A stretch of DNA of 63,934 bases, the filler included, from Kipferlia bialata (taxonomy: Eukaryota): the NCBI GenBank assembly GCA_003568945.1. It is 4 parts of 4 records of this genome, joined end to end, with 100 filler letters (N's around TTAATTAATTAA, not from the genome) between each part and the next. Parts side by side here need not be neighbours in the genome. Positions count along the whole stretch, not along the records: positions 19,271 to 38,425 come from BDIP01000443.1; positions 38,526 to 57,639 come from BDIP01000444.1; 2 more parts are not named here. The stretch is one strand, 5' to 3'. A model generated the notes under the pieces. It had not been told where the DNA came from and made no database searches. It worked only from the letters and a program-made list of their open reading frames with translations. The translations under genes and the position numbers were made by a program. Shown here piece after piece: positions 27,805 through 40,336 of this stretch. Within the stretch, counting starts at the first letter, position 1; each line of letters begins with the position of its first letter.

Positions 27805-30800
27805 ACGCCATACCTCTGCGTCCCCTATTGGTATCATCTTGGTCCACTGGCACTTGAGGCACTCGCCATCCTCGCCTAGGGGTTAACCATAAGAACTACA
27901 TATATGTAGATAGAGTACTTACTATACAATATATACTATACATATTATGTGTGTCCACTGGCACTTGAGGCACTCGCCGTCCTCGCCTAGAAGTAAGAGA
28001 AGTATATATATAGTACATATTAATACTATCCATTTAGTATGTAGATAGAGTATATGCTACATATAATACAGTATATACTATATATAATGTGTGTCTACTG
28101 GCATTTGAGGCACTCGCCATCATCACATATAATGCAAAAGATATGTAAGTGGTGTAGTGAGGGTCAATATATATACAATGTGCACAGTACATACCCAGGG
28201 GTGACTGGGTCCATGTACCCCAGAACCTCTCTCTCCCTCTCTCCATACATCTATATACTGTATGTATTTACTTGTATATATGCATATACATACCCTTGCA
28301 CATACCTCTGGCTGCAGTGACTGGGTCCATGTGTGCACTCTGTCTCTCCATCTCTCTCTTTCACGCAAATATATATAGTAGGGAGAGAATATGTAGTAAT
28401 TGTACACTCTATAGACATACCTAGTGGTGCCGTGACAGGGTCTATGTGCACCAGAGTCTCTCTCGGTCTATATTTCTCTCATAATATATATAAATATATA
28501 CATATATACTATATATCTTACACATACATATCCTAGTATATATACACTTTCCTAGGGGTGCTGTGACTGGGTCCATGTGCACAAGTCCCTCCAGTCTGGA
28601 TATAAGGGTGAAGAGAGAGAGAGAGAGAGAGAAAGAGAGCGAGAGCGAGGAGTTCATATTTCTATACAGTGGCGCATATACACATATATGAATATACATA
28701 TGAATTACCATAGTACCTCTTTGATATCTTAGGTGCCTCCTGATCCCTATCAATATACATATCAATATATATACTATACTACTATAAGTATAGTACTATA
28801 AGTATAGTAGAGCTATACTGCTTTATCACACCTCTTGGCAATCTTAGGTGGTGCCTCCTGATCTCCGTCTCTGTACCCGTATCTGCGTCTACGCCTCCTT
28901 CTGACCCTGAGTGAGAGGATAGTATAAAACGCGAATTACTATATATGAGTGTAAGTATACAAACAACAAATAAATATTATATTGTATACAACATGTGCAA
29001 ACATACACTATACAAAATTACCCCTCATACACTGTATATATACGTATACTATAATGCACCTCCTTCTGACCCTGAGTGTAAGTACACTGATTGAAGAGTG
29101 TGTGACTATCTAATACACGAATATATATATGAAGGTAAGTATCGAATATAATAGTATATAATTGATTGAAACTTTTCTCTATATGATTGAGATTCAATAC
29201 ACATATTCTTTCCTGCCAGCCCAACCACCATGGCATACAAATTACAATAGTCACTCAATTCACACATACACATGAGTCTATACCTGGCGTTATCAACCAC
29301 CTTACGGTCATGCCCCCAGTCGATCATGAATCCTGGAATATTACTATATATATTGTATATGCATACACTATATACCTTCCATCATCCCTCTCTTTTCGGT
29401 CATGCCCCCAGTCCACTGACTGACCAGACACCATAGCCTTGATGCACTCCCTGAGGGCATGGGGGGTGTCGGGGGAGAAAGCAGAGACCTAATTGTTAGC
29501 AGGGAATGATAGTCTAGTGAATTGTATATAGCGTATCTGTAATATATCTTCATCTCCATCTCCATATCATGACATGTATACCTCCACCTCCTGCCCCTTC
29601 AGACACTGCCTGATGGCCTCACTGCCCAGGAAGGACATGACTCGGGACATGCAGTAGCCCTGATAGTGAGGACAACATAGATACCACATTATATAGAATA
29701 GTACACAATATCAATGCATATAAAGCTATATGTATATATATTTATATACAGTCACTGCCCAGGAAGGACATGACTCGGGACATGCAGTAGCAATAAAGGT
29801 CAGTATCATGTATATATAAAAATGTATGAATGAGTATAGTAATTAGTATAACATAGTATAAGTATATACAGTCGCTACCCAGAAAGGACATGACTCGGGA
29901 CATGGAGTAGCCCTGTGGTTAGGGTGCCATACTAGGTATGACAGTGACAACACGTATATATATATACATATATGTCTATAGATATCGAATAGTTAGAAAC
30001 TACTCAACAGTAGTAGTAGTATACCTTGAGACAGGCGTCCTGGTCCTCAGGTCCACAAGGGACTTCATATATATATAAACACATGTATGTAGATGTATAC
30101 ATATCTATACACATATATATAGTATAATACTCAATACTATACACATATTTACAGTATAATACGCAATAATAGTATCTACCTTTAGGCAGGTGTCCTGGTC
30201 CTCAGGTCCCACCAGGGACACATCACTCAGATCCAGGTATACCACATCATCTACAGTGGAGGACGCCTCTACCACACACTGTGTCCACAGGGGTGTGTAT
30301 GATGGGTACTCCACTGCCATCTTGGACATGGCACTCAGCATACCACCTGGTATAAGAGTGTACATAATATACCATATATCACATACAATATACACATATG
30401 TGTGTATTCATACTATACTACCTAGTGTACTAGGGATGGTGGGTACACACCCCTCCAGATATTTGATACAGTATCAATACTATATATAGTGTATCTGTGT
30501 GTAAATATACACTACCTAGTGTAGTGGGCACAGTGGGTGCACACCCCTCCAGATAGAGCACTGCACTCAGGGATGGAGTAGCTAGACATCCCTTAGAGGC
30601 ACGACAGAGATCAGAGAGCATAGACACCCAGGGTCTGTTAAACGACAGTCTCTCTCTCCCTCCCTGCACTGCAACTTCGCACTCCGCTAGTCTAGAGAGC
30701 CACACCCCTGCAGTAATTGCCCTCTCTCCACCCTCGATGGCTGTCTCAGTAACATTGGTCACATAGTCTCTCTCTCCCTCTCTCTGTGCGAGCCACTCAG

Positions 30801-33092
30801 ACACCACTACATCCTCACTCTCTCTCTCCCTCCAAGCACACTCAACTGCCAGTGTACACAGAGAGTCATCGACATCTACAGCAGCAAGTACTGCTTGCAG
30901 GCACGTCTCTCTCTCCCCCTCTGTATCCTCATGTATGGTGGACAGTAGGTGTCCTACTACTCTGTAGACTACCTCAGATATATCTGTGTGTAGCTGTCTG
31001 GCTGTGGCTGCTAGGGTGTCTGTGGTACAGGCTAGGGAGGCAACGGTGGAGGGGTCGAGGTGGATGAGGACCATATCACCTGAGTCTGGAATGAGACCAT
31101 AAGGTAGGACTGTATAGAAATCTATGTTGAACACTTGCCCACAGAAGTATAGCTGCGCAGTGGCGTAAAGTGTTGATCCTAAACCAATCACCTGTCAGCA
31201 GCAGCACCCTGTCCACGTCCAGCAGGGCAGCTGTTCCACTCTTGTACGCATCGATGCTGTTGGAGTGTGGGGTCTGGGTCTGGTGAGTGGTCCAGCCATT
31301 GAGGGAGGGGAACCTAGGGTTAGAGTATTGCAAATTGAAGTGTATTCACATTCGCTGTATGTGAGACATGGTATACACACATTGTGTCATACTGCCTACA
31401 CCGCCATGTTCGTCATATACTATACGCATATATTTATGCATATTGTAAAACACTACATGTAATTCATATAACACATATTACTCTGTTATGATCACCATAC
31501 CTCGTGTCATACTGCATCACTGCCTTGTGGGTCACTGCTAGCACACAGGGACCGACAGAGACTAAGGGGGGCTTACAGGCCTTAGGGGTTACTTGATAGT
31601 GTCGCAGATGTTTAAGAATCAATCAGCAAATGATCAATCATCAAATGATCAATTATACCTTGATAGGGAGGTCTGGTAGTGTGTTCCACTGTCCATCGGG
31701 TGTGAGAGTCACGTGCATAACACCACTGACACCACCAATCACATGGAGGGTGTCAGAGGCTGGAATCAATCATCAAATCATCAATCACCGACCTTCAAGT
31801 AATCGATCATCAAATCATAAACCTTCAACCCATAATTCAGTACATGGAGGGTGTCAGAGGCTGGAAATCAATTATATTTGGGTGGAATCAATCATCACTA
31901 GATCAATTGTTACCTGTGTGCATGACTGAGGATGCCATTGAGAGGGGCAAGGGACAGTCTGGGAGCTGTGTCCACACACTGGTCTCGAGGGTGTACACCC
32001 AGGACTCCAACAAGGGCTTCTAGCTGTTAGAAATAGAATATCGGCAATGCACATATTAACAGAATAGTATCCTGGGTTGCTGACCCATTAGCAAGTCATT
32101 GTGAGGTGATAACTAGTATACAAAAGTATATATACAATAGTTGCCTAGCATAATGAAAGTCAACTATCAACTATAGGCAATCCAATATATAGACTGTCGC
32201 TCCACACTCGCATACCTTCGTGTCCCCACTGGTCACTGACTCTGATGTACCCCCTGCCACATATAGTGATATACTTGTATATACACAACTAATACTATAT
32301 ATATATATATACATATATAATAACATATATATATATATATATACCTTTGTGTCCCCACTGGTCACTGACTCTGATGTACCCCCTGCCACCAGTAGCTGTC
32401 CATTCAATGACCCAACCACGGGGTCGGTCCTGGCACTGGGCCAGACCTGGTCTAATGATAAGCATAAGTAACTGATATGGACTATTATATAATACTGACT
32501 GAATGTATGTAACCACGGGGTTGGTCCTGGCTTTAGATTCAAGAATATATAATATATATAGAGAGAGAGTATACATACACGCAGTGTTACAGTGTATGTA
32601 CTGGCACTGGACCTGGCCTAGGTTACATTATACACACACACATATATACATATATTGTAAATCATACTGACCTGCACTGGGCACAACCTTCCCCCATGTC
32701 TGTGTGTCTGGCTGTAGAGTGAACAGCTCCAGCAGACTGTCACCCTTCTTGGTCTCCCCATCCTCCTTATCAGCGTCAGTCCCAACCATGTAGACAGTGT
32801 CACCTATCCTGATAATGAGAATATATATATACACTTATATACACACACCCAGTATAATAGAAAAACACATATAGTGTATATCCTTCTCACTATCAGTGTC
32901 AGTGCCCACCATGTAGACAGTATTCCCGATCCTATATGTTAGTATATACATAGATACACATATACACAATAGTATATATACTCACTATCAGTGTCAGTGC
33001 CCACCAACTTGTATATGCTCTCTCCAATCTATACACAAAACATACTATACCTTGTTGTGGATGTGAGTGTCCTGACGTCCCTGTGGATACTA
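21262..33092 (-). CDS. Divergent Kelch-type beta-propeller protein (propeller, helical domain, second propeller), truncated 3'
   Basis: Kelch-like blades DTVYMVGTDAD..LFTLQPDTQTWGKV, SARTDPVVGSLNGQLLVAGG, SWVYTLETSVWTQLPDCPLPL, DTLHVIGG, then a long helical exon (~30518-31080). Further blades follow: RLGDSVYFLC, LAVFDLGTQLWTTQ, VWVLDTVPG, VSITAMGRYLFLAS, VYCLDTVGTGQWELAA. One junction (29284-29912) could not be phased unambiguously. Confidence 0.72.
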
Positions 33093-35705
33093 GTATATAC
33101 NNNNNNNNNNNNNNNNNNNNNNNNNNNNNNNNNNNNNNNNNNNNNNNNNNNNNNNNNNNNNNNNNNNNNNNNNNNNNNNNNNNNNNNNNNNNNNNNNNNN
33201 NNNNNNNNNNNNNNNNNNNNNNNNNNNNNNNNNNNNNNNNNNNNNNNNNNNNNNNNNNNNNNNNNNNNNNNNNNNNNNNNNNNNNNNNNNNNNNNNNNNN
33301 NNNNNNNNNNNNNNNNNNNNNNNNNNNNNNNNNNNNNNNNNNNNNNNNNNNNNNNNNNNNNNNNNNNNNNNNNNNNNNNNNNNNNNNNNNNNNNNNNNNN
33401 NNNNNNNNNNNNNNNNNNNNNNNNNNNNNNNNNNNNNNNNNNNNNNNNNNNNNNNNNNNNNNNNNNNNNNNNNNNNNNNNNNNNNNNNNNNNNNNNNNNN
33501 NNNNNNNNNNNNNNNNNNNNNNNNNNNNNNNNNNNNNNNNNNNNNNNNNNNNNNNNNNNNNNNNNNNNNNNNNNNNNNNNNNNNNNNNNNNNNNNNNNNN
33601 NNNNNNNNNNNNNNNNNNNNNNNNNNNNNNNNNNNNNNNNNNNNNNNNNNNNNNNNNNNNNNNNNNNNNNNNNNNNNNNNNNNNNNNNNNNNNNNNNNNN
33701 NNNNNNNNNNNNNNNNNNNNNNNNNNNNNNNNNNNNNNNNNNNNNNNNNNNNNNNNNNNNNNNNNNNNNNNNNNNNNNNNNNNNNNNNNNNNNNNNNNNN
33801 NNNNNNNNNNNNNNNNNNNNNNNNNNNNNNNNNNNNNNNNNNNNNNNNNNNNNNNNNNNNNNNNNNNNNNNNNNNNNNNNNNNNNNNNNNNNNNNNNNNN
33901 NNNNNNNNNNNNNNNNNNNNNNNNNNNNNNNNNNNNNNNNNNNNNNNNNNNNNNNNNNNNNNNNNNNNNNNNNNNNNNNNNNNNNNNNNNNNNNNNNNNN
34001 NNNNNNNNNNNNNNNNNNNNNNNNNNNNNNNNNNNNNNNNNNNNNNNNNNNNNNNNNNNNNNNNNNNNNNNNNNNNTACACGTGTTCATACATATAGTAG
34101 TAGGAGTTGTTGCTGGCCTTCTTGACACCTAACCTGTTATGTTAGTCTTGTAGGCAACATTTACACACACATACAAATAGAAATGTATGAGTATATACAT
34201 TACGATACATTACGATATACTGGGGTAGAATGAGGAGTTACTGGTCTTCTTCACACCCAGGACCCGCATTGTAAGTATACACTCCAATAATTGAATATAT
34301 ACTCAATGAATTCATGTGAAATTACTCACCCTACCGACCCCTGCCCCCACCATCTGCAGGGTGGCATCACTGCTGCTGTGTGGTCCTGTCGACCACTCCC
34401 TCTCCCTCTTATACACATAGCTACCCAGGCCACTGAGTGCCTCTTCTGAGGGAGAGAGAGAGAGACGTGTCTGCAGTGCCTTCTCCAGGAACAGGGCAAG
34501 GGAGGGTGGGAGGGGTGGGGTGGCAGTAGCAGTAGCGGCAGAGAAGTGGACTCTGCTGAAGGAGAGTGGTAGAGTGTGAAGTGCTCGTAGTGTATCAGCC
34601 ACAAGGTCAGTGCCCCTTAGACCCCCCAGTCTTCTAGCCAGACTGCACCAGACAGTCCCCATGTCAAGTACATCTCTCTCTCCCACTCTCTCTCTCTCTC
34701 CCTCTGGACCCTTAGAGCAGAGAGTGGATGCAAAGTGGCGCATCAACGGTGTAGCAGCGGCGTGTGTCAGGCAGGACACAACCAGGCATGTCACTACTGT
34801 CTCTGCGGGTATGGTGTGCAACCACTCATCAGTGTATACATCAGGGAGGCAGACAGACCCCCTGGCCAGCATGCGTATCCAATCAGTATCCACCCCTGTC
34901 TGTAGGCCATACAGACCCAGTCCCGCAGTGCGTGCAGAGTGTAGCAGGTACTGCAGTAGAGGGGAGTCACCGCTAGGCTCCCTCTCTATCATAGTGGGAA
35001 GCAGGTGTGTGAGTGCCAGTGCCGCCCTGTGCCTCTGGTGCTCTATATCACCCAGGATACCCTCCACCCCAGCTAGACACTCCCTCACTCCCTCTGGCCC
35101 CATACCAGACCCACAGAGAGCCAGGGTAGTAGCCACACTGGTGAGAGGGTCACCTGTACATCCCTCTAGTATAGCAGCGGCTAGTGTCTCTCCACCATCA
35201 CTCTCACTCTTTAGTGCGTGTGTGACAGCGTCATATGCTAGCAGTGCCCTGTCACAGTATAGAGTGGCAGGTGTGCCAATGTCTAGTAGACACTCACTTA
35301 CTAGGGAGGGTGGGAGGCGCAGGAGGTAGAGCCCTGCCTTGCACAGGATGAGGGCACTGTAGGGGGACACGAGGGTGACCTGTTTAAGTATATAGAAGGG
35401 AGTTGAGAGAAAGAGAGAGGGAAAGGGAGAGAGCACTGTATTGTGACCTGGGTCAGCATATATGAGTCTAGAAAGAAGAGAGAGAGAAGGGCAAAATACT
35501 GACCTGTGCAGCAGATACACGAATGGGATCCTCACTCTCTAGGGACAGTTCACCCCAGTCCTCCCAGAGCATGGTCTCAGTATCTGGGTGAGTGAATTAA
35601 GGGTGTAGAGAGAGAGAGAGAGAATATACATGACACCCCAGTCCTCCCAGAGCATACTCTCAGTGTCTGCGTTAGAATAAGAGAGGGGTGTAGAGAGAGA
35701 GAGAG

Positions 35706-35746
<41 letters not shown>

Positions 35747-36203
35747 TGAGACATACCTAGGGCATGGACGGAGGAGCGGTGCGTGGCTGTCTTGCCACCT
35801 ATCACCAGGATGTGTCTGCCTGTTGTAAGTCGGAAGCATATGATTTCAGGCTTGAATGCCTACATAAACTCTCTACATATGCTATACTCTCTCTATTTAT
35901 CAGTCACTCTATATCTATAACATCGAGGATGTGTCTGCCTGATGTGAATGATATTTATGGGTATGCATGGCATATACTTATATATATATCCATATGAATA
36001 TATACTATACAAACCTACGGCCAGGACAGATGGGGCAGCACACTTGAAGGGACACACGAGGGGTGATGTCCAGTCTACAGCGGCTCCCTCTCCCTCACTT
36101 TGTGTCACAGTGCATGATGTGTGAGTGCATGTCTTGTTGGACTCCCAATGGAAGAGGTGCAGGGTACCTGGGGTCATATACATATATATAGATATATAGA
36201 TAG

Positions 36204-36252
<49 letters not shown>

Positions 36253-37682
36253 CTTGTTGGACTCCCAATGGAAGAGGTGCAGGGTACCTGGATTCAGATA
36301 TGAGTACAGAGAGAGAAAGAGAGAGAGAGAGAAAATAATAGACAGAGAGAGAAAGACAGAGAGAGAAAGAGAGAATAACAGAACAGTGGAAGAGGTGGAG
36401 AGTGCCTAGAGTCATATACAAATACATAGAGAGAGAGAAAGAGAGAGAATCAGAGATCAGCGGAAGATACCCACGGTACGGGGGGTCATATACATATATA
36501 GAGACAGAGAGAGGTAGAGTCCTAGACCAGTGGAAGAGGCGCAAGGTACCTAGAGTCACACATGTATATGAATACACAGATAGAGAGAGAAAGAGAGAAC
36601 AACGTACCCATACCAATGCAGTGTACTGTGTTGCTAGTGGACAGGGGGCACTATATATATATATAGACATATATTAATATTTATGAAAGGGGGGAGAGAG
36701 AGAGAGTGTGAAGAGTAGACAACGTACCGTTACACATGCAGTGTACTGAGTTACGGGTAGACAGGGGGCACTCTCCCTTATCCAAGGTGACCCATCTCTC
36801 TCCCTCTCCCTCCCAAGGAAGTCCAGGTGTGTACACAGACACAACCCTAGCATCCTCGCCCTTGTCATTGACACCCCCTGCCACCAGTAGGCTCTGTCCC
36901 TCCCCGGGTAGTAGACCCTGACCAGGGGGAGAGAGAGACATGCCGATGTGGGAGTGCAGAGTGGGGGCAGTGGCATCGGACACAGTGGTCCATGTGCGAC
37001 TGAGGGTCAGACACAATATCCACATTACTATAATTCATGTCATAGTATAAATCATTACATTTCACTATTATAGCATATATATTTAGAGAGAGGATAAATA
37101 TGAATATACATCTCCTACCTCTCTATGTGGAACAGGTACATGGAGTTGACCTGCTTGGTCTGCCAGCTGGCTGAGGGTAAGGAATAAGTACATATACATA
37201 TATACATATACATATATATAACTATGTATATATATATATATATGTATAATAATATTTATAGAGAGAGAGAGATACAGACTAGCTGAATATATGGAGTTGA
37301 CCTGCTTGGTCTGCCAACTGGTTGGGAAATGGACTATTATAAAAATTACTAATAGTGTACCCACCCTACACATCAATGGAGTCTCCAACCCCACTTACAT
37401 TTGAAAATAACATATTGTGTATATATACACTCTGCTATGTAGAAAGAAAATGCATAACCTTGCTATACAGCCCCCCCCCCCCCCCCACTAGAACACACAC
37501 ACGCACACACATATATATATACATATTCTAGTACCAAAAAGAAGAGAGAATAATAAGTATATATATATATATAGTAATTACCCTTGGTGCACCCTCCCTG
37601 CACAGCTATGCAGTCACCAAGTCTTGTGACAGCCATATCTCTCAGTTCCATAGGGGTTAGACATATATATATATAGAGATAG

Positions 37683-37716
<34 letters not shown>

Positions 37717-38075
37717 CTACAGCCATGTCCCTCAGTTCCCTAGGGGTTAGAGTGGGCATATACACACAGACGGTATATATATACACAGAGAGATAGAAAG
37801 AGAGTGAGACAGACATGTCACTTCCCTAGGGGTTAAAAACCATATATATAGAGAGAGAGAGAAGGAGGGGGGGGGAGAGAGAGAGAGGGAGGGAGAGAGA
37901 GAGAGGGAGAAAGAAAGAAAGAGAGGGTGACAGCCAGGTCCCTCAGTTCCCTAGGGGTTAGATATAATCAAATGAATATATATGTAATACTCATATTTGC
38001 ATTGTTGAGCGAGAGAGAGACAGAGAACGAGAGTATGAGAGACACTACTGTGACAGCGCTGTCCCTCAGTTTCCA
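21458..38075 (-). repeat. Arrays of partial exon copies (exon echoes) in the Kelch gene introns
   Basis: Examples: four 5' echoes (23222-23570) and three 3' echoes (22828-23016) of exon 23073-23140; four 3' echoes of the VLDTVPGDESK exon (24709-25100); three each near 24224-24480, 26275-26520, 28193-28467, 36251-36552 and 37718-38075. Confidence 0.92.
33101..34076. other. Internal scaffold gap
   Basis: Continuous N run. Confidence 0.98.
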
Positions 38076-38381
38076 AGAGAATACATACATGAGAGAGAGA
38101 GACAGAGAGAGAGAGAGCGTGTTCCTAGATTGCCTTGAGAGTACAGAGGGGACATCGTATTTATCGAAGAGAGGGTCCTCTACCATGCATAGGAAAGACA
38201 AATAGATGTTAGACATGTAGTAGTTAGATACAGTATTAGGTTAGGGTCATACACTCAGAGAGAGAACGAGACAGAGTGGTTGTGTGTATGTATGAATATA
38301 GTACAAATACAATATATATATACCAATATACACCTACCTAGGTATTGGACATGGGATGCGTGTGGCAGCGATTATACATGT
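34095..38381 (-). CDS. Divergent Kelch-type propeller plus long helical exon; probably the 5' part of the gene at 21262-33092
   Basis: ELRDMAVTRLGDCIAVQGG, SRTWTTVSD..QSLLVAGG..VSVYTP..ERWVTL, LHLFHW, RHILVIGG..VHALDTETMLWEDWG, then a ~1 kb exon (34330-35380) ending at a GTGAGT donor and continuing toward the gap. Confidence 0.72.
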
Positions 38382-38425
38382 CTAGAGAGAGGGGGGGGGG
38401 GGGGGGAAAGGGGAAAAGAAAAGGG

Positions 38426-38525
38426 NNNNNNNNNNNNNNNNNNNNNNNNNNNNNNNNNNNNNNNNNNNNTTAATTAATTAANNNNNNNNNNNNNNNNNNN
38501 NNNNNNNNNNNNNNNNNNNNNNNNN
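38426..38525. other. Artificial scaffold linker
   Basis: 44 N + TTAATTAATTAA + 44 N. Confidence 0.98.
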
Positions 38526-38557
38526 ATATACATATATATAGTACATCCATTCCCTAC

Positions 38558-39240
38558 CTGGTGGTGCATGTGCAGTCCATGTGCCATGTCGAGCAGCCTC
38601 TCTCTCTCCCCCTCTGCCACCATCTTAATGGCACTGCTGCTCTGCCCGCATGTATCTGTGCACACAGTGGCATGTAGCTCAGTTAGCGTCTTGAAGATGT
38701 ACATACCGTCCCTGGTAGGGTTAGCAACTAGTGCTATACAATGATGTGTATAAATATGAACAGTATGTGTGGATGCAGCACCAGTACCTAGGCCTTGACA
38801 CTGACCCTGGACAGCACCCTGCACAGTACACATCTGGTATGTACACAATGTCCCCTAGACCTGAGCCAGTCTCCCCCTCTTGAGCCGGGTGAGTACTCTG
38901 GTTCTCAGACTCCACTATCTTTGTGAGAGAGCAGTCCACCCCAAACACACCGTCCCAGGAGACCTCACACCCACACACACAGCACATACACTCATCACCC
39001 AGTGGGGATGGGCCTGTATCACCTGATACACTCATCTAACATACAGTAACTGAGAGTGAAGCTAGAGAGACTGCCACTTTGTGGCCCACATAAATAAATC
39101 AAATCTACACAAAAAACAATTCCTCTTACACCCTTTTGTTGTCTGCCAGGGTCACCTAGTGTGCCAGGCATACTCGCCAGTTTAGAGGGAGCCTTGAGTA
39201 TCAGTGGGTGGGACCGGTGTGTCCTCACTATATAAGACAT
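38558..39240 (-). CDS. 5' part of a protein with a Cys/His-rich, C1/DC1-like zinc-binding N-terminus; truncated by the scaffold end
   Basis: ATG at 39240: MSYIVRTHRSHPLILK..., then ECMCCVCGCEV..VDC, DVYCAGCC, and a helical exon RDGMYIFKTLTELH. Canonical splice sites. Confidence 0.55.
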
Positions 39241-39521
39241 TCTAGATGCAACCGGGGCGGTATATATATCCCACTCGTGAGTTTTTGACGCTGACCATTT
39301 GGTCCATGAATATATTTTCAGATCGACAATTTAATCATCTATCCCAAGGACCGGGTGTGAGACACAATACACTCTCTTTACAGGCACTTGCACATAGCAA
39401 AAGCTGCTCCAAGTGCTTCAAAATGTCGGGGAGATGATTTGATAGAGATGTCTCCGTAAAGTTTGAATGAATCGTAGAACGATGCGTGCCGCATTGCTGC
39501 TCTTTGTACCCATCTGACAAA
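39241..39521. promoter_or_regulatory. Short head-to-head intergenic region, putative bidirectional promoter
   Basis: 281 nt between divergent ATGs (39240 minus, 39522 plus), free of microsatellites. Confidence 0.5.
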
Positions 39522-40288
39522 ATGGCAAAGGCTAAGGGTGAGTAGGGTCGTGTCTTCGACTATAAGTTGGCTACTTTGTGCATATTTATGGTTCTTGCAT
39601 TGTGTTCCACGCAAATAGTCATGCATCCAATGCAATCATTCTCAAATATGAATCATAGTCTATACCACTCGATGCCAATCATTATGTTTCCTCACCCCTC
39701 GGGAGCTCATTATATTATACCTCTCCCTCTCTCCTGCCCCCCCCCCCCTCTCTCTCCCTCCCTCTATCTCCTTGCGAGATTCTCTCCTGATATCTCTCCT
39801 GTATCTCTCTCTACATATTTACCTCCTTGTCTCTCTCTATCCTTTTGTCCTTGTCTCTCCTTATACCAGGAGCTCACATGTATCTCTCTATGTATATACT
39901 TATCTATATCATGTGTCCTCACCTGTATCTCTCTGTCTATATATATATACCTCCTTGTCCCTCTCTATCCTTGTAACCTCACCATCAGGAGCTCACCCCA
40001 AGACAAAGGCTGTCAAGATCGCCCCCAGGAAGTCTGCTGTACGTACCCTCTCCCTCCCTCTCTCTCTCTCTTGAACCCCACTCTGTCTTTCATCCCCTGA
40101 CCCCAAGTACCATACTTGAAGTGTGGGTCCCTTCCTATATGTATGTACATGTTCTCTTCTCACGCCTAGGAGGCCAAGGCCAATGACGCTAATGCCAGAG
40201 ATACCTCTCTCTCTCTCTGTCTCTCTCTCTCTATATATATATATACCCTTACCCCAGGAGGCCAAGGCCAATGACGCCAATGCCAGAG

Positions 40289-40336
<48 letters not shown>

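Noticed and set aside
32932..34132. 350-400 aa ORFs in the ORF track
   Set aside because: They consist almost entirely of translated N gap.
27220..38247. GGGTTAGGG telomere-like hits (e.g. 27220, 38239)
   Set aside because: They are single units, explained as the reverse complement of CTAACCC branch-point-type sequence. There are no arrays.
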